37,982 bases of DNA from an uncultured Gammaproteobacteria bacterium (GCA_905479705.1 CAJQNP010000006.1:1-37982); one strand, 5' to 3'; positions 10,784 to 22,680 are shown, counted from the first letter of the stretch. Notes: generated by a model from the sequence alone, not told the origin. Numbers and translations are program-made.

Positions 10784-10826
10784 ATGACGCTTGTTTTTTC
10801 ACCGTGCGCGGCGTTACGATGAGACT

Positions 10827-11219
10827 GTGCCGGAAAAACTGAGACAACGTTCTATATGGCTCACCGAGCCCAGCCAGGATCCCGATTACGCGGAATCAGC
10901 GGCAGAGTTGTTGCGTGATGCACTTGGTGTAATTAGCGTGCAGGTCGTGCGCTCTGACCACCTGCTTGTCAATTACAACGTACGCGAAATAACCCTGCAG
11001 ATACTCGAGTCCCTGCTCACCGAGTTCGGCTACACACTGCGAACCAGCCTGGTTTGCCGCACCATGCGCGCACTGTGTTACTACGTGGAAGACATTGAAT
11101 GCACCAGCCGCAAACACGACCAGGCGGAGTGTACCCGTGATGCATTTATCACCCGTTACCTGCGCAAGCCCCACGGATGCCAGGACCGGCGCCCAAAGTA
11201 CCTGCGGCGCTACCTGTAA
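10827..11219 (+). CDS. Hypothetical protein (possible ferredoxin/HMA-like fold, Cys/His-containing C-terminus); start GTG 10827 or TTG 10791
   Basis: Open frame filling the prmC-moeB gap with normal codon style; GVISVQVV..LLVNYNVREITLQILE..L.EFGY pattern; C-terminal C..C..HGC.D.RP. Confidence 0.7.
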   Translation: MPEKLRQRSIWLTEPSQDPDYAESAAELLRDALGVISVQVVRSDHLLVNYNVREITLQILESLLTEFGYTLRTSLVCRTMRALCYYVEDIECTSRKHDQAECTRDAFITRYLRKPHGCQDRRPKYLRRYL

Positions 11220-11331
11220 GCATTAACAGTCTGCATTTCCCTGCCCATGAATACTCACTCTGCAATGGCAAAGAAGCTCACCTGAAGCTCCATATGCCTG
11301 CACTTCCGGCATTGCCCTGACATTCACGACC

Positions 11332-12078
11332 ATGAACGACGACCAGTTACTGCGCTACAGCCGGCAGATCATGCTGCCCCGGATTGACGTCGCCGGGCAG
11401 CAGACACTGCTTGCCAGCCGGGCGCTCATCATCGGCGCAGGCGGACTTGGCTCACCGGCGGCCATGTACCTGGCCGCGGCCGGCATTGGCCAGCTGGCCA
11501 TTGCCGATCCCGACACGGTCGACCTGAGCAACCTGCAACGCCAGTTACTGCACCGTACCGCTGACATCGGCCGCGACAAGGTTGATTCTGCCAGCGAGAC
11601 ACTGGCGTCCATCAATCCGGATATCGCCCTGACTGCCCTGCCGCGGGCACTGCAGGGCGAACAGCTCGATGCACAGGTCGCAGTTGCCGACATCGTGCTG
11701 GATTGCAGCGACAACTACGACACGCGTTTTGCTGTCAACAGCGCCTGCGTCCGCAACAGCACGCCGCTGGTGTCCGGTGCAGCGATTCGCATGGAAGGCC
11801 AGCTTGCCGTGTTTGACACGCGCCTGGCGGACAGCCCCTGCTATCACTGCCTCTACAAGGAAGGCGAGAACGAGGATCAAACCTGCTCGGAAAACGGCGT
11901 GCTGTCACCGCTGGTCGGCATCATCGGCGCCATGCAGGCACTCGAGGCCATCAAGGTGATCCTGTCCCTGGGTAAACCGCTGGTGGGACGGCTGGTGGTT
12001 TTCGACGGCCTGCAACATGAATGGCGCACGCTGTCGCTGCCTCGCGACCCTGCGTGTAGCGTGTGTGGCTCTCGCTAG
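11332..12078 (+). CDS. moeB: Molybdopterin-synthase adenylyltransferase (MoeB/ThiF family)
   Basis: RYSRQI, IGAGGLG, SNLQRQ, DCSDN..TR, CYHC and CSVC zinc motifs. Confidence 0.93.
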   Translation: MNDDQLLRYSRQIMLPRIDVAGQQTLLASRALIIGAGGLGSPAAMYLAAAGIGQLAIADPDTVDLSNLQRQLLHRTADIGRDKVDSASETLASINPDIALTALPRALQGEQLDAQVAVADIVLDCSDNYDTRFAVNSACVRNSTPLVSGAAIRMEGQLAVFDTRLADSPCYHCLYKEGENEDQTCSENGVLSPLVGIIGAMQALEAIKVILSLGKPLVGRLVVFDGLQHEWRTLSLPRDPACSVCGSR

Positions 12079-13226
12079 TCCGTGGCGGCGACCCTGAATC
12101 CCAGTTTACCCAGCAACACCCCGGCCGCGTCGGCGGGATGCTGCAGCCGGATCGTCGACTCGGAGAACTCGCGCCTGACCGGGTAGTTCTTGCGCAGCGC
12201 ATCAAAGGCCGCACTGCGTTCTGTATCGGGCAATGCCAGCGTTTCGCGCAGGCGCGCGTCATCCTCGCGCACATCGTAAACGGACAGCACCGCCTCACGC
12301 AGCGTTGCAAGGAGATCCTCTTGCGGATCACCTGTTAACCGGTAAGCAGGCGTGGCGGCTACCGCGTCCCTGGCACGCCACTGCGCGGGCACGTCGAAAT
12401 GCCTGCACACCGCGTCGTAAATCATCCCGGTACCCCGCAGCTTGCCGTCGATACTGTAGCCGGCAATATGCGGCGTACCCAGTGCGACCTTTTGCAGCAG
12501 GCCGGTGCTGATGGCCGGCTCGTTCTCCCAGACATCCAGCACCACCGTCAGGTCATCACGGCCGTCCAGCGCATCATCCAGCGCCTGGTTATCGGCAACG
12601 GCACCGCGCGCGGTGTTGATAAAGATGGCACCCGGCCCGAGTTGCTTCAGGCGTGCCGCATTGACCAGGTGGAAGGTCGGATACCGGCCAGCCTTTTCCA
12701 GCGGCACATGCAGCGTCACGATATCGGCCTGCAATACCGCCTCGAGCGGGACAAAGTCATCCTGGACGCCCTGCGCCTGAAGCGGCGGATCGTTCACCAG
12801 GCAGTGCATGCCCAGTGCGGTGAGTCGCTGGCGAACCCGTGAGCCGACATTGCCGCAGCCGATGATGCCGACTGTCTTGCCCGCCAGCTCGAAGCCCTGC
12901 TGTGCGGAAAGCACCATCAGCACACTGACGACATACTCTGCGGCCGAGGTCGCGTTACTGCCCGGCGCCGTGGAAAAGCCGATCCCCCGCCCCTGCAGGT
13001 AATCACGGTCGACATGGTCGAAACCGATGGTTGCCGAGCCGACAAAGCGCACCGGCGAGTTATCCAGCAGCGCTGCATCGACTCGCGTTACCGAGCGCAC
13101 CAGCAATACATCCGCGTCACCCACATCGGCGGCCTGCATGCTCCGCCCGGGCAACAGGATTACCTCGCCGAGCGAGGCAAACGCCTGTTCGACGCAGGGG
13201 ATATTTTCGTCGGCGATGATTTTCAT
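12075..13226 (-). CDS. pdxB: Erythronate-4-phosphate dehydrogenase
   Basis: MKIIADENIP, LLVRSVTRV, SATIGFDHVD, LDVWENEP, TPHIAGYS.DGK, FDALRKNYPVRREF. Confidence 0.96.
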   Translation of the reverse strand: MKIIADENIPCVEQAFASLGEVILLPGRSMQAADVGDADVLLVRSVTRVDAALLDNSPVRFVGSATIGFDHVDRDYLQGRGIGFSTAPGSNATSAAEYVVSVLMVLSAQQGFELAGKTVGIIGCGNVGSRVRQRLTALGMHCLVNDPPLQAQGVQDDFVPLEAVLQADIVTLHVPLEKAGRYPTFHLVNAARLKQLGPGAIFINTARGAVADNQALDDALDGRDDLTVVLDVWENEPAISTGLLQKVALGTPHIAGYSIDGKLRGTGMIYDAVCRHFDVPAQWRARDAVAATPAYRLTGDPQEDLLATLREAVLSVYDVREDDARLRETLALPDTERSAAFDALRKNYPVRREFSESTIRLQHPADAAGVLLGKLGFRVAATD

Positions 13227-13260
13227 TGGGTCGAAGTATTAAACTGAAATCAACAACTGA

Positions 13261-13316
13261 TGCAGGGTCTAGTTCATTCGACCAGCGGCGCCTGGCCGAA
13301 TGAATCCGGCCCTACA
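13261..13316. repeat. GTAG-family REP doublet (family A)
   Basis: TGCAGGGTCTAGTTCATTCGACCA (degenerate) and inverted TGGCCGAATGAATCCGGCCCTACA between gatB and pdxB. Confidence 0.8.
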
Positions 13317-13321
13317 ACGAA

Positions 13322-14758
13322 TCAGCCATCCAGCAGCTTCCTCAACAGTTCGTTCACCTGCTTCGGGTTTGCCTTGCCCTGTGTCGCCTTCATGACCTGG
13401 CCGACAAAGAAGCCGAACAGCTTCACCTGCCCGCCACGGTACTGCTCGATCTGTTTCGGGTTGTTATCCAGCACATCACTGATAATGCCTTCAATCGCCG
13501 CGGCATCGGATATCTGCCTCAGCCCCTGCTTGTCGATGACCTCGTCGGCACTGCCCTCGCCCTGCCACATCGCCTCGAACACCTGCTTGGCGATCTTGCC
13601 GGAGATGGTGCCGTCCTCGATGCGCAGCAACATGCCGCCCAGCATGTCTGCACTCACCGGGCTGTTGCTGATGTCGCAATCATCCCTGTTCAGCGCGGCG
13701 GATAGCTCACCGATGACCCAGTTGGCCGTCAGCTTGCCTGCAGCGCCAGCCACCTGCGCGGCCGCCTCGAAATAATCCGCCATCTCGCGTGTGGCCGTGA
13801 GGATACCCGCATCGTATTCCGACAGGCCATGCTCACTGACGAAGCGCGCCTTCTTCGCATCGGGCATTTCAGGTAACGATTCCCGGACCGCGGCAATGTA
13901 CGCCTCGTCCAGTTCCACCGGCAACAGGTCCGGGTCGGGAAAATAACGGTAGTCGTTTGCCTCTTCCTTGGAACGCATGGAACGCGTTTCATGCCGGTCG
14001 GCGTCGAACAGGCGCGTTTCCTGCACCACTTCGCCGCCACCTTCCAGCACCATGATCTGCCGCTCGACCTCGTAGTTGATGGCCTGCTCGACAAAACGGA
14101 ACGAGTTGATGTTCTTGATCTCCGCGCGTGTACCGAACGCTTCCTGGCCCAGCGGTCGTATCGAGACGTTGGCATCGCAGCGGAACGAACCTTCCTGCAT
14201 GTTGCCGTCACTGATGCCCAGGTAACGCACCAGTGAATGAATCTTTTTCATGTAGGCCACCGCCTCTTTCGCGGAACGGATATCCGGCTCCGAGACGATC
14301 TCCAGCAACGGCGTACCGGCACGGTTCAGGTCGATCCCGGTCTTGCCCATGAAATTTTCATGCAGCGACTTGCCGGCATCCTCTTCCAGGTGCGCACGGG
14401 TAATGCCAATACGCTTGCTGCTGCCGTCTTCCAGTTCGACATCCAGGTAGCCGTCGTGCACGATCGGCAATTCGAACTGGCTGATCTGGTAACCCTTCGG
14501 CAGGTCCGGGTAGAAATAATTCTTGCGAGCAAACACCGAGCGCGGCGCCACCGTGGAATGCGTGGCCAGCCCGAACATCGCCGCCATGCGCACCACCTCC
14601 TCGTTGAGGACCGGCAGCACACCGGGCAGGCCGAGGTCAACGGCACAGGCCTGGGTATTCGGCTCGGCACCGTAGGTCGTCGAGGCACCGGAAAAGATCT
14701 TGCTGTTGGTTGCCAGCTGGGAGTGGATCTCCAGCCCGATTACTGTTTCCCAGGCCAT
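13322..14758 (-). CDS. gatB: Asp/Glu-tRNA amidotransferase subunit B
   Basis: [49 protein letters not shown]. Confidence 0.98.
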   Translation of the reverse strand: MAWETVIGLEIHSQLATNSKIFSGASTTYGAEPNTQACAVDLGLPGVLPVLNEEVVRMAAMFGLATHSTVAPRSVFARKNYFYPDLPKGYQISQFELPIVHDGYLDVELEDGSSKRIGITRAHLEEDAGKSLHENFMGKTGIDLNRAGTPLLEIVSEPDIRSAKEAVAYMKKIHSLVRYLGISDGNMQEGSFRCDANVSIRPLGQEAFGTRAEIKNINSFRFVEQAINYEVERQIMVLEGGGEVVQETRLFDADRHETRSMRSKEEANDYRYFPDPDLLPVELDEAYIAAVRESLPEMPDAKKARFVSEHGLSEYDAGILTATREMADYFEAAAQVAGAAGKLTANWVIGELSAALNRDDCDISNSPVSADMLGGMLLRIEDGTISGKIAKQVFEAMWQGEGSADEVIDKQGLRQISDAAAIEGIISDVLDNNPKQIEQYRGGQVKLFGFFVGQVMKATQGKANPKQVNELLRKLLDG

Positions 14759-16212
14759 TATTCAAATCCTTGCGGGGTGCGTGTATGCCAGTCGCTGACC
14801 TGCTGGTAGCAGTGCCCGGCATTCAGCAGGCGCGACTCTTCAAAATAGTTTCCGACCATGTGCAGGCCGACCGGCATGCCGTTACTGAATCCGGCCGGTA
14901 TCGACATCGCCGGCAACCCGGCGAGGTTGACCGCAATGGTGTAGATGTCCGAGAGGTACATGCTCACCGGGTCATCGGCCTTCTCGCCCAGCTTGAAGGC
15001 CACCGAGGGTGCCGTCGGGCCCATGATGACATCGACCTGCTTGAAGGCCTGCATGAAATCATCGCGGATCAGGTGACGTGCCTGCTGCGCCTTGAGGTAG
15101 TAGGCGTCGTAATAGCCGGCCGACAGCACGTAGGTGCCCACCAGGATGCGCCGCTTGACCTCGTCTCCAAAACCCTCGCCGCGTGAGCGCGTGTACAGGT
15201 CAGTCAGGTCCTGCGGGTTGCCGGCGCGGTGACCAAAGCGCACGCCGTCAAAACGTGACAGGTTCGAGGAACACTCTGCCGGTGCGACCACGTAATAGGC
15301 GGGCACGGACAGATGCGTGTTGGGCAGGGTGATATCGGTGACCGTGGCGCCCAGCTTCGTGAATTCAGCAATCGCCGCACTCACCGCATCGCCGACACCG
15401 GCATCCAGGCCGTCTCCAAAGTATTCCCCTGGCAGCCCGATGCGCAGCCCCTGCAGCGGCGCATTGAGCTGCGCCGTGTAATCATCCACCGGCCGGTCGA
15501 CACTGGTGGAATCACGCGGGTCAAAACCGGCCATGGCGCCAAGCATGACGGCGGCATCCTCGGCCGAACGCGTGAACGGTCCGGCCTGGTCGAGACTCGA
15601 GGCAAAGGCAATCATGCCGTAGCGGGACACCCGGCCGTAGGTCGGTTTCAGGCCGGTGATACCGCACAGCGCTGCCGGCTGCCGGATCGAGCCGCCGGTA
15701 TCGGTGCCGGTACTGGCCGGTACCAGGCGTGCAGCAACCGCCGCGGCCGAACCGCCCGAGGAACCGCCCGGTACGGTGGTCTCATCCCACGGGTTTTTTA
15801 CCGGGCCGTAGAAACTGGTTTCATTCGAGGACCCCATGGCGAATTCATCCATGTTGGTCTTGCCGATCATGACCGCACCGGCTTCATGCATTTTCTCGGT
15901 AACCGTCGCATCATACGGTGCAATAAAGTTATCCAGCATCCTTGAGCCGCAGCTGGTCTTCACTCCGTTGGTACAAAAGATGTCCTTGTGCGCAAACGGG
16001 ATGCCGGTGAGCGGACCCGCATTGCCGGCCTTGATCGCGGCATCGGCCGCCTGTGCAGCGGCCAGCGCCTGTGACCCGGTCACGGTGACAAAACTGTTGA
16101 GCCGCGGGTCATGGCCGGCAATGCGCTGCAGGCAGGCCCGCGTCAGCTCCTCACTGGAGCAGACCCCGCTGCGCAAATCGGTGGCAAGTTCAACAAGACT
16201 TTTCTGATGCAT
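14758..16212 (-). CDS. gatA: Asp/Glu-tRNA amidotransferase subunit A
   Basis: [34 protein letters not shown] amidase signature; TAATG overlap with gatB. Confidence 0.98.
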   Translation of the reverse strand: MHQKSLVELATDLRSGVCSSEELTRACLQRIAGHDPRLNSFVTVTGSQALAAAQAADAAIKAGNAGPLTGIPFAHKDIFCTNGVKTSCGSRMLDNFIAPYDATVTEKMHEAGAVMIGKTNMDEFAMGSSNETSFYGPVKNPWDETTVPGGSSGGSAAAVAARLVPASTGTDTGGSIRQPAALCGITGLKPTYGRVSRYGMIAFASSLDQAGPFTRSAEDAAVMLGAMAGFDPRDSTSVDRPVDDYTAQLNAPLQGLRIGLPGEYFGDGLDAGVGDAVSAAIAEFTKLGATVTDITLPNTHLSVPAYYVVAPAECSSNLSRFDGVRFGHRAGNPQDLTDLYTRSRGEGFGDEVKRRILVGTYVLSAGYYDAYYLKAQQARHLIRDDFMQAFKQVDVIMGPTAPSVAFKLGEKADDPVSMYLSDIYTIAVNLAGLPAMSIPAGFSNGMPVGLHMVGNYFEESRLLNAGHCYQQVSDWHTRTPQGFE

Positions 16213-16290
16213 ATCTGGGTTTCCTGGCAGCACTGCAACGCTGGTTGCGCCCTGCCCGGTCAGGCGGTCGGCGCGCGCTGCGTGCCGGGC

Positions 16291-16578
16291 TTATTCTATG
16301 ACCTGGGGTACGAGGTACAGTCCGGATTCAGTCTCGGGCGCAACCTGCTGGAAGTGCTCGCGATTATTACCCTCGGTCACCACATCGGGGCGCAGGCGCT
16401 GGGTCGCCTCCAGCGGGTGGGCCAGTGGCTCCACGCCGGTGGTATCAACGCTGTTGAGTTGCTCCACAAAGCTGAGGATATCCGACAGGTTGCGGGCATA
16501 ACCGGGGATGTCATCGACATTGATCCCGAGTCGCGCCAGGTGGGCAATTTTTTCAACATCCGAGGCATCCAGCGACAT
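16291..16578 (-). CDS. gatC: Asp/Glu-tRNA amidotransferase subunit C
   Basis: [31 protein letters not shown]; GGAG RBS before ATG 16578. Confidence 0.96.
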   Translation of the reverse strand: MSLDASDVEKIAHLARLGINVDDIPGYARNLSDILSFVEQLNSVDTTGVEPLAHPLEATQRLRPDVVTEGNNREHFQQVAPETESGLYLVPQVIE

Positions 16579-16727
16579 GATTACTCCGTATCCAGCGTTC
16601 ACTAAAAAACAGGGACGCAACGGTAGCACAATCATTTCCGCCGTACATCTCTGCATTGGGGCCGACCGGCCGCGACGAATCACGTTTTTCAGCTGATTTC
16701 CTTGCCCCTGACGTCCCTCGTTGTTAG

Positions 16728-17822
<1,095 letters not shown>

Positions 17823-17828
17823 TCCCCC

Positions 17829-18028
17829 TTCGCGCCTGCAAGGCACTGCTACGCCAATAACCAGACCATGATCGCGGATTGCGATCCGCTCCTACAACCC
17901 AATCCATGCATGGAAAAAATCATACGCAGGAGCGGATCGCAATCCGCGACAGGATTCAACAAAATGCACATGTGCGTAGCACCCTTACAGGTGCCGGCTA
18001 ATGCTTAGGGGCGCCTTGCAGGCGCGAA
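17829..18028. repeat. Nested REP pairs of two further GTAG-type variants (families B and C)
   Basis: Outer pair TTCGCGCCTGCAAGGCACTGCTAC (17829-17852) / TAGGGGCGCCTTGCAGGCGCGAA (18006-18028); inner pair TCGCGGATTGCGATCCGCTCCTACA (17872-17896) / GCAGGAGCGGATCGCAATCCGCGA (17926-17949). Confidence 0.8.
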
Positions 18029-18199
18029 TAACAACGTCAACCGGTCACCCTGACCTGGACATAAACCGCAAGACTCCCACTATAACCACGCACCCGGCAC
18101 TGATTTCATAATCTATACGTCGCACTCCTGACTTACGCTAGAATACCGCCCTGAGAGTGGCAGGCCTCCTGCCAGAGTAACTGTCACACGGGGTGCCCG

Positions 18200-19168
18200 A
18201 TCAAGCTCATCTTCACACAAGGCCCATCCATCACGACGCGTCTGTTCGTGCTGGTATCACTGTCGGTGGTGTTGATGGTGATGGACCACAAGTACAAGAG
18301 TCTTGAGTCCGTGCGCGACGCCCTGTCACTTCTGGTCTACCCGATTCAGCTGGTCGTGGAACTGCCCGGCGCCATGTCCGACTGGTTCAATGAGTCGCTC
18401 GCCACACGACGCAAGCTGCAGGAAGAGATCGACAGCCTGCGCACGCAGCACTTCATGCAACAGGCACAGATGCAAAAATTCTCCGCCCTGCAGGAAGAGA
18501 ACATTCGCTTGCGTGAACTGCTCGATTCCTCCTTCGAGATCGGCGAGAAGGTACTCATTGCCGAGCTGATGTCGGTCAACCTCGATCCCTACAAGCACCA
18601 GGTCATGATCAACAAGGGTGAACTGCATGACATCTATCCCGGGCAGCCACTGGTTGATGCCGAGGGCGTCATGGGACAGGTCGTGCATGCCGGCCCCTAC
18701 TCATCGACAGCCATGCTGATCACCGATACCTCGCATGCAATCCCCGTGCAGGTGAACCGCAACGGCCTGCGCTCCATCGCCCTGGGCAGCGGCACGATCA
18801 ACCGTCTTGAGTTGCCATACATTCCCAACAGCGCCGACATTCAGCCGGGCGACCTGCTGATTACCTCGGGACTCGGCGGTCGATTCCCGCCGGGCTACCC
18901 GGTCGCTACCGTGACGGCCGTGCAGCACGACCCCGGCAATGCCTTTGCCTCGGTGGTTGCCACGCCGCTGGCGCACCTGAACCGCAGTCGCGAGGTGTTG
19001 TTGATCTGGCCGGGGCAAACGACCGTCATCGAGACATCGCACAAGCTGTCGTTCGAAAACGAAACCGCCGAAGACGAGGCCGCCACGGACAACAGCCAGC
19101 CACTGGCAGCCCCCGATGCTGCCGAAGTCACTGGCGGTGAAGCCGAACCGGCGGAGCAACCGGAATGA
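18200..19168 (+). CDS. mreC: Rod shape-determining protein MreC (ATC start at 18200 inferred; first canonical start is GTG 18248)
   Basis: EN.RLRELL, INKG, GVMGQV, LITD, GDLLITSGLGGRFPPGYPV; upstream in-frame IKLIFTQGPS resembles the MreC N-terminus. Confidence 0.95.
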   Translation: MKLIFTQGPSITTRLFVLVSLSVVLMVMDHKYKSLESVRDALSLLVYPIQLVVELPGAMSDWFNESLATRRKLQEEIDSLRTQHFMQQAQMQKFSALQEENIRLRELLDSSFEIGEKVLIAELMSVNLDPYKHQVMINKGELHDIYPGQPLVDAEGVMGQVVHAGPYSSTAMLITDTSHAIPVQVNRNGLRSIALGSGTINRLELPYIPNSADIQPGDLLITSGLGGRFPPGYPVATVTAVQHDPGNAFASVVATPLAHLNRSREVLLIWPGQTTVIETSHKLSFENETAEDEAATDNSQPLAAPDAAEVTGGEAEPAEQPE

Positions 19169-19653
19169 TTCGCGGCAGACGCCACGGCAGCGGGGTCATT
19201 GTCCTGACCTTCATCATTGCCCTGTTGCTGACCGTCATACCCCTGCCTGACTGGGCGCGCTACCTGCGTCCCGACTGGGTTGGCCTGGTGCTTATCTACT
19301 GGTGCATGGCACTGCCCGAACGGATCGGCGTCACCACCGGCTGGTTCGTGGGCCTGCTGGTCGACCTGCTGACCGGGTCCCTGCTGGGACAGCATGCCCT
19401 GTCACTAACCATCGTGGCCTACGTCACGCTGAAGTTTCACCTGCGCCTGCGACTGGTACCGGTATGGCAGCAATCCCTGACCGTACTGGTGCTGTTGATA
19501 TTGCACCAGTTGCTGGCACTGTGGATCAGCCGGCTCATTGGCCGCCCCGGTGTACCGCTGTACTTCTGGGCACCGTCGATAATCGGCATGATGCTGTGGC
19601 CAGCGGTGCACGGCCTGCTGCGCGGCATGCGTCGCAGTTTCAGGGTTAACTAG
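19165..19653 (+). CDS. mreD: Rod shape-determining protein MreD
   Basis: Polytopic membrane protein; RPDW..LVLIYW..ALP, GLLVDLL.GSLLGQHAL. Confidence 0.96.
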   Translation: MIRGRRHGSGVIVLTFIIALLLTVIPLPDWARYLRPDWVGLVLIYWCMALPERIGVTTGWFVGLLVDLLTGSLLGQHALSLTIVAYVTLKFHLRLRLVPVWQQSLTVLVLLILHQLLALWISRLIGRPGVPLYFWAPSIIGMMLWPAVHGLLRGMRRSFRVN

Positions 19654-19663
19654 GCTCCCCGGC

Positions 19664-21559
19664 ATGCCGCGCCAGATCACGCTGAAAGACCATTTTTTCG
19701 AGTCACGGCTGGTCATGAACCGTGCCGTGATCCTGCTGATCATCGCTGGCATCCTGCTGACCGTGTTACTCGCACGCCTGTTGTTCCTGCAGGTTGTCGA
19801 ACACGAGCACTTCACCACGCTGTCGGAAGACAACCGCGTCAAGCTGCAAGCGATCCCGCCGAATCGCGGCCTGATCTATGACCGCAACGGCATCCTGCTG
19901 GCGGAAAACCTGCCCTCGTACCGGCTGGAAATCACACCCGAACAAATCGACGACATGGGCGGCACGCTGGGCGCACTTGAAGACATTATCGAGATCCGCG
20001 ACATTGACCGCAGCCGCTTTGAAAAACTCCTGAAGCGCAAACCGCGCTTCGAGGCCATACCGCTGCGTTTTCATTTAAGCGACGAGGAAGTCGCGCGCTT
20101 CTCCGTTAATCGCCATCGTTTTCCCGGCGTGGATATCACCGCCGGTCTCGCACGCCATTATCCGCTGGGCACACTGGGTGTGCATGCACTGGGCTATGTC
20201 GGTCGTATCGACGAGCAGGCCCTGAAGGTCGTCGACAGTTCCAATTACCGCGGCACCTCGCACATCGGCAAGATCGGCATCGAGAAGACCTACGAGTCGG
20301 TTCTGCACGGCAAGGTGGGCCTGCAACACGTCGAGACCACGGCACAGGGTCGTGTCATTCGCGTGCTGGACCGTACGCCACCCGTGTCCGGTCGTAACCT
20401 GTACCTGACCATCGACTCACGCGTACAGGCTGCCACCGAGGCGGCCTTTACAGATTTAACCGGTTCGGCCATTGCCATTGACCCGAACAACGGCGACATC
20501 CTTGCCTTTGTCAGCGCACCGACCTATGAACCCAACGCCTTCGTCAATGGTATCGAGTTTGATGACTATGCCGCGTTGCGCGACAACAAGAAGCAGCCGC
20601 TGTTCAACCGTGCCCTGCGCGGCCAGTACCCGCCCGGTTCGACTATCAAGCCGTTTGTCGGCCTCGCCGGTCTTGAAGAAGGCATCACGACCAGCCATTC
20701 CAGCACCTACTGTCCAGGCTTTTACAGCCTGCCCGGCAACACGCGCAAGTACCGCGACTGGAAACGCACCGGCCATGGCACGGTCAACCTGAACCGCTCC
20801 ATTCAACAGTCCTGCGACGTGTACTTCTATGATCTCGCGCTGTCACTGGGCATTGATCGCATTCATGGCTACCTGCGGCACTTCGGCTTCGGCAAGTCCA
20901 GCGGCATTGATATCCTTGGCGAACTCCCGGGCCTGTTGCCGTCACGGGAGTGGAAACGTGCACGCCACGACCAGCCCTGGTTCCCCGGCGAAACACTCAT
21001 CACCGGCATTGGACAGGGATTCTTCCTGGTCACACCGATACAGCTGGCCGTGGCAACCGCGGCCCTCGCCAATGGCGGTCGCCTGCTGCAACCGAATATC
21101 GTGCATGCCGAGCAGGAGGCCAACAGTGATGACCTGTTACCGCATCGGCCGCGCACCGTGGACACCATCACGATCAACGCGCAGGAACACTGGGACCATG
21201 TCATCGAGTCCATGGTCGATGTCGTGCACAGTACCCGCGGCACAGCGCGCAGGATCGGTGAGGACAGCCCCTACAGGATCGCCGGCAAGACCGGCACGGC
21301 TCAGGTATTCGGGCTCAAGCAGGAAGAAAAATACGACGCCGAGGCCATTCCGGAAGAATTGCGCGATCACGCCCTGTTTGTCGCCTTCGCCCCGGTTGAG
21401 GATCCGCAAATCGCGGTCGCCGTCATTGTCGAGAACGGTGGCGGTGGCGGTTCGGTGGCCGCACCCATTGCACGCAAGATCCTCGATGCCTACCTGGTCG
21501 GAGAATCGCCTGTGGTTGAAGAACCCGTGGATGAAGCCACTGGCGGTGAACCACAGTGA
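19664..21559 (+). CDS. mrdA: Penicillin-binding protein 2
   Basis: N-terminal TM, P.RGLIYDRNG, YPPGSTIK (SxxK), SCD (SxD), KTGTAQV, RDHA. Confidence 0.97.
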   Translation: MPRQITLKDHFFESRLVMNRAVILLIIAGILLTVLLARLLFLQVVEHEHFTTLSEDNRVKLQAIPPNRGLIYDRNGILLAENLPSYRLEITPEQIDDMGGTLGALEDIIEIRDIDRSRFEKLLKRKPRFEAIPLRFHLSDEEVARFSVNRHRFPGVDITAGLARHYPLGTLGVHALGYVGRIDEQALKVVDSSNYRGTSHIGKIGIEKTYESVLHGKVGLQHVETTAQGRVIRVLDRTPPVSGRNLYLTIDSRVQAATEAAFTDLTGSAIAIDPNNGDILAFVSAPTYEPNAFVNGIEFDDYAALRDNKKQPLFNRALRGQYPPGSTIKPFVGLAGLEEGITTSHSSTYCPGFYSLPGNTRKYRDWKRTGHGTVNLNRSIQQSCDVYFYDLALSLGIDRIHGYLRHFGFGKSSGIDILGELPGLLPSREWKRARHDQPWFPGETLITGIGQGFFLVTPIQLAVATAALANGGRLLQPNIVHAEQEANSDDLLPHRPRTVDTITINAQEHWDHVIESMVDVVHSTRGTARRIGEDSPYRIAGKTGTAQVFGLKQEEKYDAEAIPEELRDHALFVAFAPVEDPQIAVAVIVENGGGGGSVAAPIARKILDAYLVGESPVVEEPVDEATGGEPQ

Positions 21560-22680
21560 GTAGCGTACTGTCGTCACACCGCGAGGATGCCAGCCGTGCC
21601 GGTTGGCAGTACCGCCTGCATCTCGATGCACCGCTGCTGTTCGCGCTGATTGCCGCCAGCGGTCTTGGCCTGATCGTGCTCTACAGCGCCGGCGGCGGCG
21701 ACATGGCGCTGGTCGAGCGTCAGCTGGTGCGTCTCGGGCTGGCCTTCACCGGGATGCTGGTCGTGGCGCAGTTGTCGCCCTATGTCCTGCTGCGCCTGAC
21801 GCCCTGGCTATTCGTGGTCGGTGTCGTCTTCCTGGTGGCCGTGCTGGTTGGCGGCGAGAGCAGCGGCGGCGCGCAACGCTGGCTGAACCTCTACATCGTC
21901 CGCTTTCAGCCCTCGGAGATGATGAAGCTGGCGGTACCGATGATGGTTGCCTGGTACCTGGCCGATACGCGGCTGCCGCCCAACGGCTGGCAGCTGCTGG
22001 CATCAGCGACCCTGATCGCGGTGCCCATGCTGATGATCGCCAAGCAGCCCGACCTGGGGACTGCCCTGCTGATTGCCAGCGCCGGTTTCTTTGTAGTGTT
22101 CCTCGCCGGGCTGCAATGGCGGCTGCTGGCATTTTTCTCCGTGCTGCTTGCCGCCGCCGCCCCCGTGCTGTGGCACTTCATGCATGACTACCAGCGCCAG
22201 CGCGTGATCACCTTTCTCAGCCCGGAGAGTGACCCGCTGGGCTCGGGCTACCATGTCATCCAGTCGAAAATTGCCATCGGCTCGGGCGGCCTGCTGGGCA
22301 AGGGCTGGATGAACGGGACACAGTCGCAGCTGGACTTCCTGCCGGAGCGTTCCACGGACTTTATCTTTGCCGTACTCGGCGAGGAATTCGGCTTCCTCGG
22401 CATCCTGACACTGTTTGCGCTGTATACCATCATCGTGGTGCGCGGCATCATGATCAGTATCCAGGCACAGGACACCTACACCCGGCTGCTCGCCGGCAGC
22501 CTGTCGATGACCTTTTGTGTTTACTTCGTCGTTAACACCGGCATGGTCACCGGCCTGTTGCCGGTGGTCGGCCTGCCACTGCCGATCATCAGTTACGGCG
22601 GCACATCCATCGTTACCCTGATGGCCGGTTTTGGCATCCTCATGTCGATCCAGACACACCGCAAACTGCTGCCTACCTGA
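21556..22680 (+). CDS. rodA: SEDS peptidoglycan glycosyltransferase RodA
   Basis: GAQRWL, FQPSE..K, QPDLGT, GSGG..GKG, FLPE..TDFIF, LP.ISYGGTS. Confidence 0.97.
   Translation: MSSVLSSHREDASRAGWQYRLHLDAPLLFALIAASGLGLIVLYSAGGGDMALVERQLVRLGLAFTGMLVVAQLSPYVLLRLTPWLFVVGVVFLVAVLVGGESSGGAQRWLNLYIVRFQPSEMMKLAVPMMVAWYLADTRLPPNGWQLLASATLIAVPMLMIAKQPDLGTALLIASAGFFVVFLAGLQWRLLAFFSVLLAAAAPVLWHFMHDYQRQRVITFLSPESDPLGSGYHVIQSKIAIGSGGLLGKGWMNGTQSQLDFLPERSTDFIFAVLGEEFGFLGILTLFALYTIIVVRGIMISIQAQDTYTRLLAGSLSMTFCVYFVVNTGMVTGLLPVVGLPLPIISYGGTSIVTLMAGFGILMSIQTHRKLLPT

Noticed and set aside
12075-12078. moeB and pdxB share a palindromic CTAG double stop
   Set aside because: Real, but a common 4-bp convergent overlap with no implied function.
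13322-16578. gatCAB in a gammaproteobacterium as an anomaly
   Set aside because: gatCAB divergent from mreB is ordinary in non-enteric Gammaproteobacteria.
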